From the NCBI GenBank assembly GCA_910586385.1, contig CAJUGX010000002.1, forward strand, positions 134,187-198,186: a stretch of DNA of 64,000 nucleotides, in the 5' to 3' direction. Below are positions 24,910 through 36,057 of the stretch, piece after piece. The DNA is from an uncultured Christensenella sp. (GTDB taxonomy: Bacteria; Bacillota; Clostridia; Christensenellales; UBA1242). The translations under genes and the position numbers were made by a program. The stretch's first letter is position 1. Every line of letters starts with the position of its first letter. The notes under the pieces are model-generated. The model searched no databases, was not told where the DNA came from, and saw nothing but the letters and a program-made list of their open reading frames with translations.

Positions 24910-25542
24910 ATGCCAAAAATAGGTGAAATTTTGACAAAAATACATACGGATGAAGAACTTATCGAATTGATACAAACTGGCGACGAATCGGCCGAAAATG
25001 AACTTTTCTCCAGATACAAAGATCTGGTGGTAAAAATCGCCCGAGGATACTTTATCGTCGGCGGAGATTTGGAAGATCTCGTCCAAGAAGGTATGATTGG
25101 ACTTTACAAAGCGGTCAAGGGATTTTCAAACGAGAAAGAAGCAAGTTTCAAAACCTTTGCTGTACTTTGCATAAAACATCAAATTCAAACAGCAATCAAG
25201 CATGCAAACACCAACAAAAACAAGCCCCTATCATCTGCAGTATCTTTCCAGAGTTTCACAGAAAATGGGACGAGCGAAAACCTTGACTTCTTGCCAATTG
25301 CTTTGGTTTTGGAAAGCACCCCAGAAGAAAAAATCATCAACAAAGAGAATTTCAAAAACCTCAATGAAAAAATCAAATCTCACCTATCCCCTTTGGAGTT
25401 TAAGGTCTTGAAACTTTATCTTCAAGGATATTCATACAAAGAGATTTCGACTGCACTCAATGTCACAAGCAAGAGCATTGACAACAGCCTGAGCAGAATA
25501 AAAACCAAACTCCGCTCAAAGCTAGACAACAACATTGCATAA
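24910..25542 (+). CDS. sigH: RNA polymerase sigma factor SigH
   Basis: DLVQEGMIGLYKAVKGF...SFKTFAVLCIKHQIQTAIK and the C-terminal HTH SYKEISTALNVTSKSIDNSLSRIKTKL closely parallel Bacillus SigH. The mrnC-rlmB-sigH order is conserved. Confidence 0.87.
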   Translation: MPKIGEILTKIHTDEELIELIQTGDESAENELFSRYKDLVVKIARGYFIVGGDLEDLVQEGMIGLYKAVKGFSNEKEASFKTFAVLCIKHQIQTAIKHANTNKNKPLSSAVSFQSFTENGTSENLDFLPIALVLESTPEEKIINKENFKNLNEKIKSHLSPLEFKVLKLYLQGYSYKEISTALNVTSKSIDNSLSRIKTKLRSKLDNNIA

Positions 25543-25570
25543 AAAACACCGAAATAATTCGGTGTTTTTC
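25541..25570. terminator. Bidirectional terminator between sigH and the convergent lipoprotein gene
   Basis: ACACCGAA/TTCGGTGT 8-bp stem with a 4-nt loop, with A6 upstream and T-rich sequence downstream. Confidence 0.75.
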
Positions 25571-25581
25571 TTTTTTAGTGC

Positions 25582-27318
25582 CTAGACAAAAGCATTCCAT
25601 GAATCCCCTCTTGATGAAAGACAAGCAAATCCAAGAAGTTTCTTTGCAAATTCTTTTGCATCAGTCTTTCTGCCTTCTTCTGTCGTCCAAGCATCAATTT
25701 GCTCTTGTGTGACTGGGACAACCAGATTCTCTGTTGTCAAACCATCAATATTTCCAAGAGCAACATCTTGATAGAACATTCTGATTTGTTGTGCCAAAGC
25801 GTTGAAGAAATTTGATGTGTACATCTTTCTGTATAGTGCATTTCCAACAAGTTCAAATTTTGGAATTGTAAATTTTCCATTTTCATAAACTGGGAAAAGG
25901 TCTCCGCTCGAATAATCTTCAACAAAATCAATTTCAACCGATGCATCTTTGACAAGTTTTAAGACCTCATTTCTTATCATATTTTCAAGAGTTGTTTCTG
26001 TCAATTTTATAAAAGAGCAAGATTTTTCTTTTCCTAAAATCCCATAGAATATATCTAAATTGATGTCTCTGTCACCATACAAAATTACATTTGGACAATC
26101 ATTAGTACCATTATTTCTTCCAAACATAAAGGCTCTTTCTCCCAAATTTACAACTGTTTCAGGAATAATAATAGTACAACCCATTCTAAGTTTTATAAAA
26201 CAATCCGCAACCCCCGTCACAATCTTACCCTCAACTTCAGTTGGAATCTCGATTGTCGTCGCATTCATTTGTTCAAAACTTTCCAATGTTAAAGTGTGAT
26301 CAGCGTTTTCAGAAAAATAGAATGTCACATTATCCTTCTCAAAAACATAATCTGGTTTTTTCATAATTGCGGTATAAGTTTGATTTTCAGATACTGTGGT
26401 GGTCAGATATTTTTTATTTGAGATAAAATTGCCATTCTCATCTCTCCATTCCTTAAAGTAATACCCATGAACTTGATTTCCTAAATTATAATACATCTTA
26501 TCTGAAAGAGTAATGTCCACCGTCTCTCCCATTTCACAACAAATGTAGTCAACAAGTCTTTCTTTAGCTTCTCCCTCAACAACAACCTTCACTGAAACCA
26601 ATGGTCGTTCTCTCAAGTCAACAACATCGATATAGATGTTTTGCAATGCATTGTTTAATACTGGAGGGTCACTGAAGAAATACGAAATGCTGTCACAATA
26701 GTAAGTCGAAAGAGGGGTAATCCACTGTAATCTATCTATAGAATTTCCACCAAAACTGCCTGAATCCTCTGAGTGAAATTCAGAAATGCTTTCAAGTGCC
26801 AAACTTTCGTTTGGTTTGATGAAATATGAAAAACTTGGGGTGTAATAGTGGTGGTCATATTCTTCAAAACTCCAATGATAATACGTATCTGATGGTCTTT
26901 CTTTTGCAACATAAGGCAAATACTCAATTTCAAGATTCAAATCATTTGCACCATCAATTTGGAAGAGATCATCTGGAAGAAAATAGAACTCATCTGCATT
27001 GTCTGTGAAAACTGCTTCAATTTTATATGATTTTTTTGCAGAACTGGACTTGTTTTCCATCCAATTTATGCCTTCAAAATATTCATTACGGAATTTTCCA
27101 TCTTCATAGACATTCCATTTCAAGAAATAATATCCATCATTTGCGACAGGTTTCAAACATTTCATGTCGTTTGATTCAGCCAAAATCTCAACCAAACCAT
27201 TCTCGCTTGTCATGATTTCAAGTTCTGGATTTTTTTCTTTTCCACATGCTGTCAAAGAAACACATCCACAAATCAGGAAAGCAACCCCCATCAAAACTCC
27301 AAACAATTTCTTTTTCAT
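25582..27318 (-). CDS. Surface lipoprotein with Listeria-Bacteroides (Flg_new) repeats and a BspA-type leucine-rich-repeat segment
   Basis: ATG at 27318 follows AGGAGGGG. MKKKLFGVLMGVAFLICGCVSLTACGK carries an L-T-A-C lipobox. GYYFLKWNVYEDGKF and HGYYFKEWRDENGNF are Flg_new-like. TIEIPTEVEGKIVTGVADCF...IIIPETVVNLGERAF is BspA-LRR-like. Confidence 0.75.
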   Translation of the reverse strand: MKKKLFGVLMGVAFLICGCVSLTACGKEKNPELEIMTSENGLVEILAESNDMKCLKPVANDGYYFLKWNVYEDGKFRNEYFEGINWMENKSSSAKKSYKIEAVFTDNADEFYFLPDDLFQIDGANDLNLEIEYLPYVAKERPSDTYYHWSFEEYDHHYYTPSFSYFIKPNESLALESISEFHSEDSGSFGGNSIDRLQWITPLSTYYCDSISYFFSDPPVLNNALQNIYIDVVDLRERPLVSVKVVVEGEAKERLVDYICCEMGETVDITLSDKMYYNLGNQVHGYYFKEWRDENGNFISNKKYLTTTVSENQTYTAIMKKPDYVFEKDNVTFYFSENADHTLTLESFEQMNATTIEIPTEVEGKIVTGVADCFIKLRMGCTIIIPETVVNLGERAFMFGRNNGTNDCPNVILYGDRDINLDIFYGILGKEKSCSFIKLTETTLENMIRNEVLKLVKDASVEIDFVEDYSSGDLFPVYENGKFTIPKFELVGNALYRKMYTSNFFNALAQQIRMFYQDVALGNIDGLTTENLVVPVTQEQIDAWTTEEGRKTDAKEFAKKLLGFACLSSRGDSWNAFV

Positions 27319-27475
27319 AAATCCCCTCCTAAAATTCCAACAAGGTTTTCTACCCCTATTATAATCATTATCGTGCAAAAGTCAAGTAACCCTTCTCAAA
27401 ACTTTTGAAAGTCACACTTAAAAGTTGACTTTGTCCCCTACAATTAAGTAAAATAGAAGCATATAGGAGAATTTT

Positions 27476-29176
27476 ATGTTTTTGATGGAAAATGGGACTG
27501 ATGTTGACGCCATCATCCCTGAAAACGAACTTGAAGAAGAAATCATTGCCGACATCAAGGCTGGCAGGACAAAAGAAGTCATCACACGTTGTCCACCAGA
27601 GCCAAGCGGTTATTGGTATATCGGTCACGCAAAGGCTTGGACAATCAATTTTGAAACTGCACAAAAATTTGGTGGAAAAACAGTGCTCAGAATGGACGAC
27701 TCAAACCCAGTCAAAGAGGAAGGTGAATTTGCTGACAGTTATATGGCAGACCTTGAGTGGCTTGGCTTCAAACCTGAGAAATTTGTCTATGCAAGCGAGG
27801 CATACTTTGACGAGATTTACCAAATCGCTGAAAAGATGATTCAAAATGGGGACGCCTATGTCTGCGAACTTTCTGCAGAAGAAGTGAGTGCAAATCGTGG
27901 AACACTCACTGAGCCAGGAAAAGAAAGCCCATACCGAAACCGCACTCCAGAAGAAAACTTGAAACTTTTCAGAGAGATGCGTGACGGGAAATATCCAGAT
28001 GGAAGCAAGACTCTGCGTGCAAAGATTGACATGGCTCACCCAAACATCAATATGCGTGACCCCGTTATGTACAAAATCGCAAGACAACATCACTATCGTG
28101 TTGGCGACAAGTGGTGCATTTGGCCACAATATGATTTCGTGCACCCAATGGAAGACTGCCTTGAAGGCACAACTTACAGTTTGTGCGACAAAGGTTTCCA
28201 AGACCACAGAGTTGTGTATGAATGGTTTGTTGAGCATGGTTGGGGCAAAAAATATGCTCCAAAGCAAAGAGAGTTCTCTCGCGTTGTGCTTGAAAATGTT
28301 TTGACTGGAAAAAGATATCTCAAACAGCTTGTCAAAGGTGGATATGTCAATGGTTGGGACGACCCAAGATTTCCAACGCTTGTCGGCATAAGAAGAAGAG
28401 GCTACACTGCAAAAGCTGTCAAAGATTTCGTAAAATCTGTTGGTTGGGGAAGCACAATTGAAGTGACCGTGCCTTACTCTGCCCTTGAATATTATGTCAG
28501 AGAAGACTTAAACAAAATCGCAACCCGTGCAATGGTTGTGCTTGATCCTCTCAAAGTGATCATCACAAACTATGAAGGAAGCGAAGAAGTCATCATCGAC
28601 AACAATCCAAATGACGAAAATGCTGGCTCTCACAAAGCAACCTTCTCAAACACAATCTATATTGAGAGAGAAGATTTCAGTGACAACCCACCTCCAAAAT
28701 ACAATCGTCTTGTTGAAGGCGGAATCGTGAGACTTAAGGGTGCTTATATCATCAAATGCAACAAAGTCGTGTATGATAAAAATGGTGGAATCGACCACTT
28801 GGAATGCGAATATATTCCAAACACAAAGAGCGGGAATGACACTTCTGGAATCAAGTGTAAAGGAACAATCCACTTTGTCTCTGCAGACAATTGTTTCAAC
28901 ATCACAATAAGAGAATTTAAGAATCTTGTAAAAGCAGAATACAAGTCCCCTTCAAAAGCGCTTGCTGAAGGTGTGACAATTGAAGAATTGCTTGAGCCAG
29001 ACTCAATGATCGAGAAAACTGCAATTGCAGAAAACTTCTTGAAGAGTGCAAAGGCTGAAGACAAATTTCAGTTTATGAGAAAGGGATATTATTGTGTTGA
29101 TAAGGATAGCACTGACGGCAACTTTATCTTCAACAGCACAATTTCTCTCAAAGATGGTTTCAAACCTCAAAAATAA
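27476..29176 (+). CDS. glnS: Glutamine--tRNA ligase
   Basis: TRCPPEPSGYWYIGHAKA (HIGH region) and HHYRVGDKWCIWPQYDFVHPMEDCLEG are the GlnRS class I core, followed by the C-terminal beta-barrel anticodon-binding domains. RBS AGGAGAA. Confidence 0.9.
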   Translation: MFLMENGTDVDAIIPENELEEEIIADIKAGRTKEVITRCPPEPSGYWYIGHAKAWTINFETAQKFGGKTVLRMDDSNPVKEEGEFADSYMADLEWLGFKPEKFVYASEAYFDEIYQIAEKMIQNGDAYVCELSAEEVSANRGTLTEPGKESPYRNRTPEENLKLFREMRDGKYPDGSKTLRAKIDMAHPNINMRDPVMYKIARQHHYRVGDKWCIWPQYDFVHPMEDCLEGTTYSLCDKGFQDHRVVYEWFVEHGWGKKYAPKQREFSRVVLENVLTGKRYLKQLVKGGYVNGWDDPRFPTLVGIRRRGYTAKAVKDFVKSVGWGSTIEVTVPYSALEYYVREDLNKIATRAMVVLDPLKVIITNYEGSEEVIIDNNPNDENAGSHKATFSNTIYIEREDFSDNPPPKYNRLVEGGIVRLKGAYIIKCNKVVYDKNGGIDHLECEYIPNTKSGNDTSGIKCKGTIHFVSADNCFNITIREFKNLVKAEYKSPSKALAEGVTIEELLEPDSMIEKTAIAENFLKSAKAEDKFQFMRKGYYCVDKDSTDGNFIFNSTISLKDGFKPQK

Positions 29177-29183
29177 TCACAAG

Positions 29184-29211
29184 AAGAGATGCCAAAAACA
29201 TCTCTTTTTTT
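29184..29211 (+). terminator. Intrinsic terminator of glnS
   Basis: AAGAGATG/CATCTCTT 8-bp stem with a 7-nt loop, then T7. The ATG at 29189 used by the track ORF lies inside this hairpin. Confidence 0.8.
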
Positions 29212-29212
29212 G

Positions 29213-29242
29213 TTGGACAATTTTTCTATTTTTGTTTATAAT
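29213..29242 (+). promoter_or_regulatory. Promoter positioned for a leaderless transcript
   Basis: TTGGAC (29213-29218), 18-nt spacer, TATAAT (29237-29242). The ATG at 29249 starts 7 nt after the -10 hexamer, with no RBS in between. Confidence 0.5.
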
Positions 29243-29248
29243 AAACTT

Positions 29249-30007
29249 ATGCTTAAGATTGCAATGATTTGTATGTCGGTTGCAGTGGTTTTGTTGGCAG
29301 TTGGAGTCTCTTTGATGAGAAAAAACAACGGCCTCACTTTTTTGCTGAAAACCCTGACCCTGATTGCAATCGTCATCCTTGGCTTTATCGTTGCAAACTA
29401 CAAGGATGATTTCTCTGGTTTTTCAATTTTAGTTATTCTGAGTGCTTTGCCAATGTTTTTGGCATCATTTGACTTGAAACAAATTTTGGAAAAAGAGGAA
29501 CCATCACTTCCTTCTGAAAATGAAGCGATTAAAGAAACTTATGAACAAGAGCAACCATCTGAAATCCAAGACAACACAACAATAAACAAAAAAAAGAAGA
29601 ACTCCCTGTCTGATTGCAAAAGCAACCTTCTCTGTGGCATTGGAATATTTCTCTCTGCAGTTTGTCTCAGCATTGCAACCCTTTACATTGGAAAGGAAAC
29701 ATTCTTTGGTGCAATCATTGGACTCCTAATTGGTGGAGCGGTCGTCTTTGTCCTTCTTGCACTTGGAAAAATCAAAAATCCATTTGATATCATATTCAAT
29801 CTTCTCATCTTCATTTCAATCGGACTTATGGTGTCAAACATTGTTCTTTCATTCTTATACTCATTCTCTACAACAAACATCATGTTTGCTCTCGGCTGTC
29901 TGCTTTTCGGTGTCTATGCGGGACTTCAAACAAAGTTTACCAAAAACTATCTGACGCCGATCTACTATGCCAGCACAATATTTTTCATCTTATCTATTCT
30001 GTTATAA
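29249..30007 (+). CDS. Polytopic membrane protein with an acidic internal loop (family not identified)
   Basis: MLKIAMICMSVAVVLLAVGVSLM... has about 7 hydrophobic helices and the loop EKEEPSLPSENEAIKETYEQEQPSEIQDNTT. The start is chosen downstream of the glnS terminator. Confidence 0.65.
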   Translation: MLKIAMICMSVAVVLLAVGVSLMRKNNGLTFLLKTLTLIAIVILGFIVANYKDDFSGFSILVILSALPMFLASFDLKQILEKEEPSLPSENEAIKETYEQEQPSEIQDNTTINKKKKNSLSDCKSNLLCGIGIFLSAVCLSIATLYIGKETFFGAIIGLLIGGAVVFVLLALGKIKNPFDIIFNLLIFISIGLMVSNIVLSFLYSFSTTNIMFALGCLLFGVYAGLQTKFTKNYLTPIYYASTIFFILSILL

Positions 30008-30152
30008 AACTTTAAAAACAAAAAGGACTGCAAGTATCGCAATCCTTTTTTTATCTCGCTCCTAAGATACTGCGTCTAAAGCGGATCTAAGATTGTATAA
30101 TCTTGTAGAAAGTTTTTCATTTGGTTGAGTAGATGCAATGCAAATTGAATAA

Positions 30153-30599
30153 TTAGGAAATATCTATTGTAAAAATGTTCATAAATTTTTCGCCAAACTC
30201 TTCTCTTCTAATATTATCTTTAGGGATTTCAAAAGTCCCTAAAAATTTCGCCCCAAGTTTCTCACAAACTCTTCTTGAAGCATTATTTTCTGGAACATTT
30301 GTAATATAAACTTTTTTAAATTCATTTTTCTTAAAAACTTCAAGTAAAAGTGCAACTGCTTCACCAGCATAACCATTCCCTCTATAATCTTCATTAATAT
30401 TGTATCCTATATTGCCAATATAGAAAATTACATCGTTAAATCCTAGTTTAGCACTGCAGTGACCTATTTTATCTTTGGTGGAATGTAAAACTATATCATA
30501 TCCAACACAGTCAACAAATTTTTTGTCAGGATTTGCTGGTACAAATTCTTCAAAAATCAAATCAATTCTTCCGCCATTTATTCTTTTCAATATTTCCAT
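30153..30599 (-). CDS. GNAT-family N-acetyltransferase
   Basis: 148 aa. YRGNGYAGEAVALLLEVFKKN...NNASRRVCEKLGAKF is GNAT motif A/B. Confidence 0.8.
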   Translation of the reverse strand: MEILKRINGGRIDLIFEEFVPANPDKKFVDCVGYDIVLHSTKDKIGHCSAKLGFNDVIFYIGNIGYNINEDYRGNGYAGEAVALLLEVFKKNEFKKVYITNVPENNASRRVCEKLGAKFLGTFEIPKDNIRREEFGEKFMNIFTIDIS

Positions 30600-30685
30600 G
30601 TTTATCTCCCAATAAGCCCATTATAACATATCATTTTAAGAATTAAAGATTTTTACATAAAATATAATTCAACTTAGATCCAATC

Positions 30686-30747
30686 TGATTGTGAGGATAG
30701 AATTTGAACCTGTGACCCCAATTTATACTTTGTATAACCCGAATGCA
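30686..30747 (-). pseudogene. Decayed copy of the 3' half of the adjacent tRNA-Met
   Basis: On the plus strand, TGATTGTGAGGATAGAATTTGAACCTGTGACC matches the first 32 nt of the tRNA (TGGTTGCGAGGACAGGATTTGAACCTGTGACC) at 28 of 32 positions. After an inserted stretch there is a remnant of the anticodon arm. The T-stem and the CCA end are mutated. Confidence 0.6.
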
Positions 30748-30782
30748 ATAAAAAAGAACCGCCTCTGCAGTCCTCTCAAATT

Positions 30783-30859
<77 letters not shown>

Positions 30860-31118
30860 TCAATGTCCATATTATAGAGAATTAAATGCCAATTGTCAAG
30901 AGATTATTCTAAATTTATTCAATTTTATCAAAATAGAACGTGCACAACCCGCCTTTTCACCTTATTTTTGCCCCTATAACGGCAGAAAGCCATATCTCCA
31001 ACAAACTAAGCGTCAAACAATATTTTTGACAAAATAGAGGCAAATTTTGCTTAAATAAATTGATTTTTTCTCTTATATATGATATATTATAGTATATTTA
31101 TATATATAAAGGGAATAA

Positions 31119-33107
<1,989 letters not shown>

Positions 33108-33116
33108 AGGTCTATT

Positions 33117-33434
33117 ATGAAGAAAGATAATCCATACAAAATCCTTTTGGACACTTTTGGAGAAGAAATACAACTTCAATTTGCCATTGAAGAAATGGGA
33201 GAATTGTTGCAAGCAATATGTAAATACAAAAGAAAACACAATTCCTGCGACAAAGAAGAATTTGAAAAAGTCAAATCAAACTTGCAAGAAGAAATTGCAG
33301 ATGTGATGTTCTGTTGCGAAGAACTTGCATATATGTTTGGTCAGTCCGAAATTGAAAAAATCAAAAATATGAAAAGGGACCGCTCCTTAAAACGCGCAGC
33401 AAAGAAAAATACCGAATTAACAGAAAAAAATTAA
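33117..33434 (+). CDS. Small MazG-like nucleotide pyrophosphohydrolase (YpjD-like, 105 aa)
   Basis: QLQFAIEEMGELLQAICKY....LQEEIADVMFCCEELAYMFG shows the two EExxE/D helices of the all-alpha NTP-PPase fold. It sits 9 nt after the gyrB stop and 12 nt before the gyrA start. Confidence 0.6.
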   Translation: MKKDNPYKILLDTFGEEIQLQFAIEEMGELLQAICKYKRKHNSCDKEEFEKVKSNLQEEIADVMFCCEELAYMFGQSEIEKIKNMKRDRSLKRAAKKNTELTEKN

Positions 33435-33446
33435 ACGGGGAAAATT

Positions 33447-35987
33447 ATGAGTAAGAAAGATGAAGAAAGCAAAATGAATTTGAAGGAACTCTTGGCAAAA
33501 GAGACCATCAAACCAATTGAAGTCGTTGGCGAACTTAAAAAGTCATTTATCGCCTACGCTATGGCTGTCAATGTAAGCCGTGCGATTCCTGATGTTAGGG
33601 ATGGTCTCAAGCCTGTCCATAGACGTATTTTGTACTCTATGGGAGAGCTTAACAACTTCTTTGACAAACCACACAAAAAGTCTGCCAGAATTGTCGGTGA
33701 AGTTATGGGTAAGTATCACCCACACGGAGACAGTTCGGTATATGACGCCCTTGTTCGTCTTGCACAAGATTTCTCAATCAGATATCCTCTTGTTGACGGA
33801 CACGGAAACTTTGGTTCTGTCGATGGAGACCCACCAGCAGCTCAGCGTTATACTGAAGCAAGACTTTCAAAGATTGCCGCACTCATGCTTGACGATATCG
33901 ACAAAGAGACTGTGGATTTCTATCCAAACTTTGACGACACTTTGATGCAACCATCTGTGCTTCCTTCAAGATTTCCAAACCTCTTGGTGAATGGTGCGGA
34001 CGGTATTGCCGTTGGTATGGCAACAAACATCCCTCCACACAACTTGACTGAAGTCATCAATGGTGTGCAAGCACTTATCGACAACCCAGACATCGACATC
34101 GACGAACTCATCAAAATCATCCCTGCCCCTGACTATCCAACAGGTGGAATCATCATGGGACGCACCGCAATCAAACACGCTTACAAAACTGGTCGTGGCG
34201 GAGTTTTGGTTCGTGGTAAAGCAGAGATTGAAGAGACTTCAAGTGGAAGAGAGAGAATTATCATCACAGAACTTCCTTATCAAGTCAACAAAGCTCGTTT
34301 CATCACTCAGATTGCAGACCTCGTTAAAAACAAAAAACTTGAAGGCATATCAGACCTCAAGGAAGAAAGTGATAGAGAAGGCTTGCGCGTTGTTGTTGAC
34401 GTCAAGAAAGACGCAAACGCACAAGTTGTGCTCAACTCACTCTATAAACACACAATGCTTCAACAAAATTCAGGCATCATCATGCTCGCCCTTGTAAATG
34501 GCGAGCCTAAGGTGCTCAACCTCAAAGAAATGCTCTATTATTATCTTGAGCATCAAAAAGATGTTGTGACAAGAAAGACTGAATATGACCTCAGAAAAGC
34601 AGAAGAAAGAGAGCATATTGTCAAAGGTTTGGTCACAGCACTTGCAAGCATCGATGAAGTTATCAAAATTATCAAAACTTCAAAAGACAGACAAGACGCT
34701 CTTACAAACCTCACTGGAAACTTCGAACTTGACGAAATCCAAGCGAATGCAATCCTCGACATGAGACTTGCAAAACTTACAAGCTTGGAAGTTGAAAAAC
34801 TCAAAGAAGAACTCGCCGCTTTGGACGCTGCAATCGCAGACTTCAAAGACATCTTGGCGAAACCAGAAAGAGTTGCTCAAATCGTCAGAGATGATTTGGA
34901 AGAAGTCAAAAATCAATTTGGCGACGCTCGTAAGACTGAAATCAGTTTGGAAATGGGCGGAATTGATGTTGAAGACCTTATTCCAAGAGAAAATGTCATT
35001 ATCTCAATGACTCACTTGGGATATATCAAGCGTATGTCAGTTGACGAATACAAAGCACAACATCGTGGCGGAGTCGGCATAACTGCCCACAAGACCAAAG
35101 ATGCAGATTTTGTTGAAAAGATGTTTATCACATCAAGTCACGACAGTTTGCTCTTCTTCACAAACCTTGGCAAAGTTTACATTGCAAAGGCTTATGAAAT
35201 TCCAGAAGCACAAAGACAAGCAAAGGGAAGAGCAGCCATCAACCTCCTTCAACTCTCATCTGGTGAAAAAGTCAACACAATCATACCAATCAGAGCAGAA
35301 GAAGGAAGAGAGTCAAAAGACTTCAACCTTATCATGGCAACAAAGACAGGGCTCATCAAAAAGACAGTCCTTTCAGAATATGACAACATCCGCAAAGTCG
35401 GCAAGATTGCAATCAAACTTGTCGAAGGAGACGAACTTATAGGTGTTGACATCACAAACGGCAGAGATGATATCTTGATTGCAACCCATGATGGAAAGTG
35501 CATCAGATTCAACGAAACAGATGTTCGTGCCGTAGGAAGAGACAGCCAAGGCGTGAGAAGCATCAAACTCTCAAGTGACGACTATGTTGTTGATATGGCA
35601 ATCGTTCACAAAAACTCAAGCATGCTGACAATTTCTGAAAATGGCTATGGCAAACTCACTCCAGAGGACGAATTCAGACTTCAACAACGTGGTGGCTCTG
35701 GTGTCAAAGCAGGTATCTTCAACGAAAAGACAGGCAAACTTGTTGCGCTCAAACAAATCGAAGAAGACTGCGACCTTTTGATGATTGCAGACAGCGGAAT
35801 CATCATCAGGACTCCAGTTTCAGACATCAGCACATTCTCAAGAGTGAGCCAAGGTGTGAGAGTTATGAAACTCAAGAAAGCAGCAAAAATCACTGGCGTT
35901 GCAATCACTGAAAAAGAAGAGGAAGATGAGACAACCCCTCCTTCAGAAGAAACAGAAAACTCTTCAACCGAAGAAACAAACGAATAA
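33447..35987 (+). CDS. gyrA: DNA gyrase subunit A
   Basis: [43 protein letters not shown] (catalytic Tyr), C-terminal beta-pinwheel repeats and an acidic tail. Confidence 0.97.
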   Translation: MSKKDEESKMNLKELLAKETIKPIEVVGELKKSFIAYAMAVNVSRAIPDVRDGLKPVHRRILYSMGELNNFFDKPHKKSARIVGEVMGKYHPHGDSSVYDALVRLAQDFSIRYPLVDGHGNFGSVDGDPPAAQRYTEARLSKIAALMLDDIDKETVDFYPNFDDTLMQPSVLPSRFPNLLVNGADGIAVGMATNIPPHNLTEVINGVQALIDNPDIDIDELIKIIPAPDYPTGGIIMGRTAIKHAYKTGRGGVLVRGKAEIEETSSGRERIIITELPYQVNKARFITQIADLVKNKKLEGISDLKEESDREGLRVVVDVKKDANAQVVLNSLYKHTMLQQNSGIIMLALVNGEPKVLNLKEMLYYYLEHQKDVVTRKTEYDLRKAEEREHIVKGLVTALASIDEVIKIIKTSKDRQDALTNLTGNFELDEIQANAILDMRLAKLTSLEVEKLKEELAALDAAIADFKDILAKPERVAQIVRDDLEEVKNQFGDARKTEISLEMGGIDVEDLIPRENVIISMTHLGYIKRMSVDEYKAQHRGGVGITAHKTKDADFVEKMFITSSHDSLLFFTNLGKVYIAKAYEIPEAQRQAKGRAAINLLQLSSGEKVNTIIPIRAEEGRESKDFNLIMATKTGLIKKTVLSEYDNIRKVGKIAIKLVEGDELIGVDITNGRDDILIATHDGKCIRFNETDVRAVGRDSQGVRSIKLSSDDYVVDMAIVHKNSSMLTISENGYGKLTPEDEFRLQQRGGSGVKAGIFNEKTGKLVALKQIEEDCDLLMIADSGIIIRTPVSDISTFSRVSQGVRVMKLKKAAKITGVAITEKEEEDETTPPSEETENSSTEETNE

Positions 35988-35994
35988 AAACGCG

Positions 35995-36024
35995 GAAGAA
36001 GATTTGTTATGAATCTTCTTCTTT
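35995..36024 (+). terminator. Hairpin terminator or attenuator after gyrA
   Basis: GAAGAAGATT/AATCTTCTTC 10-bp stem with a 7-nt loop, followed by TTTGCAGTTT (short U-run). Confidence 0.55.
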
Positions 36025-36057
36025 GCAGTTTACCCCTTTTTCTTAAGAGGAGAAGAA

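Noticed and set aside
27379-27475. T-box or other riboswitch leaders upstream of glnS, hisS and metG
   Set aside because: The leaders are too short: about 100 nt for glnS, 41 nt for metG, and for hisS the transcript starts about 20 nt before the RBS. No T-box consensus (AATTAGGGTGGTACCGCG-like) is present.
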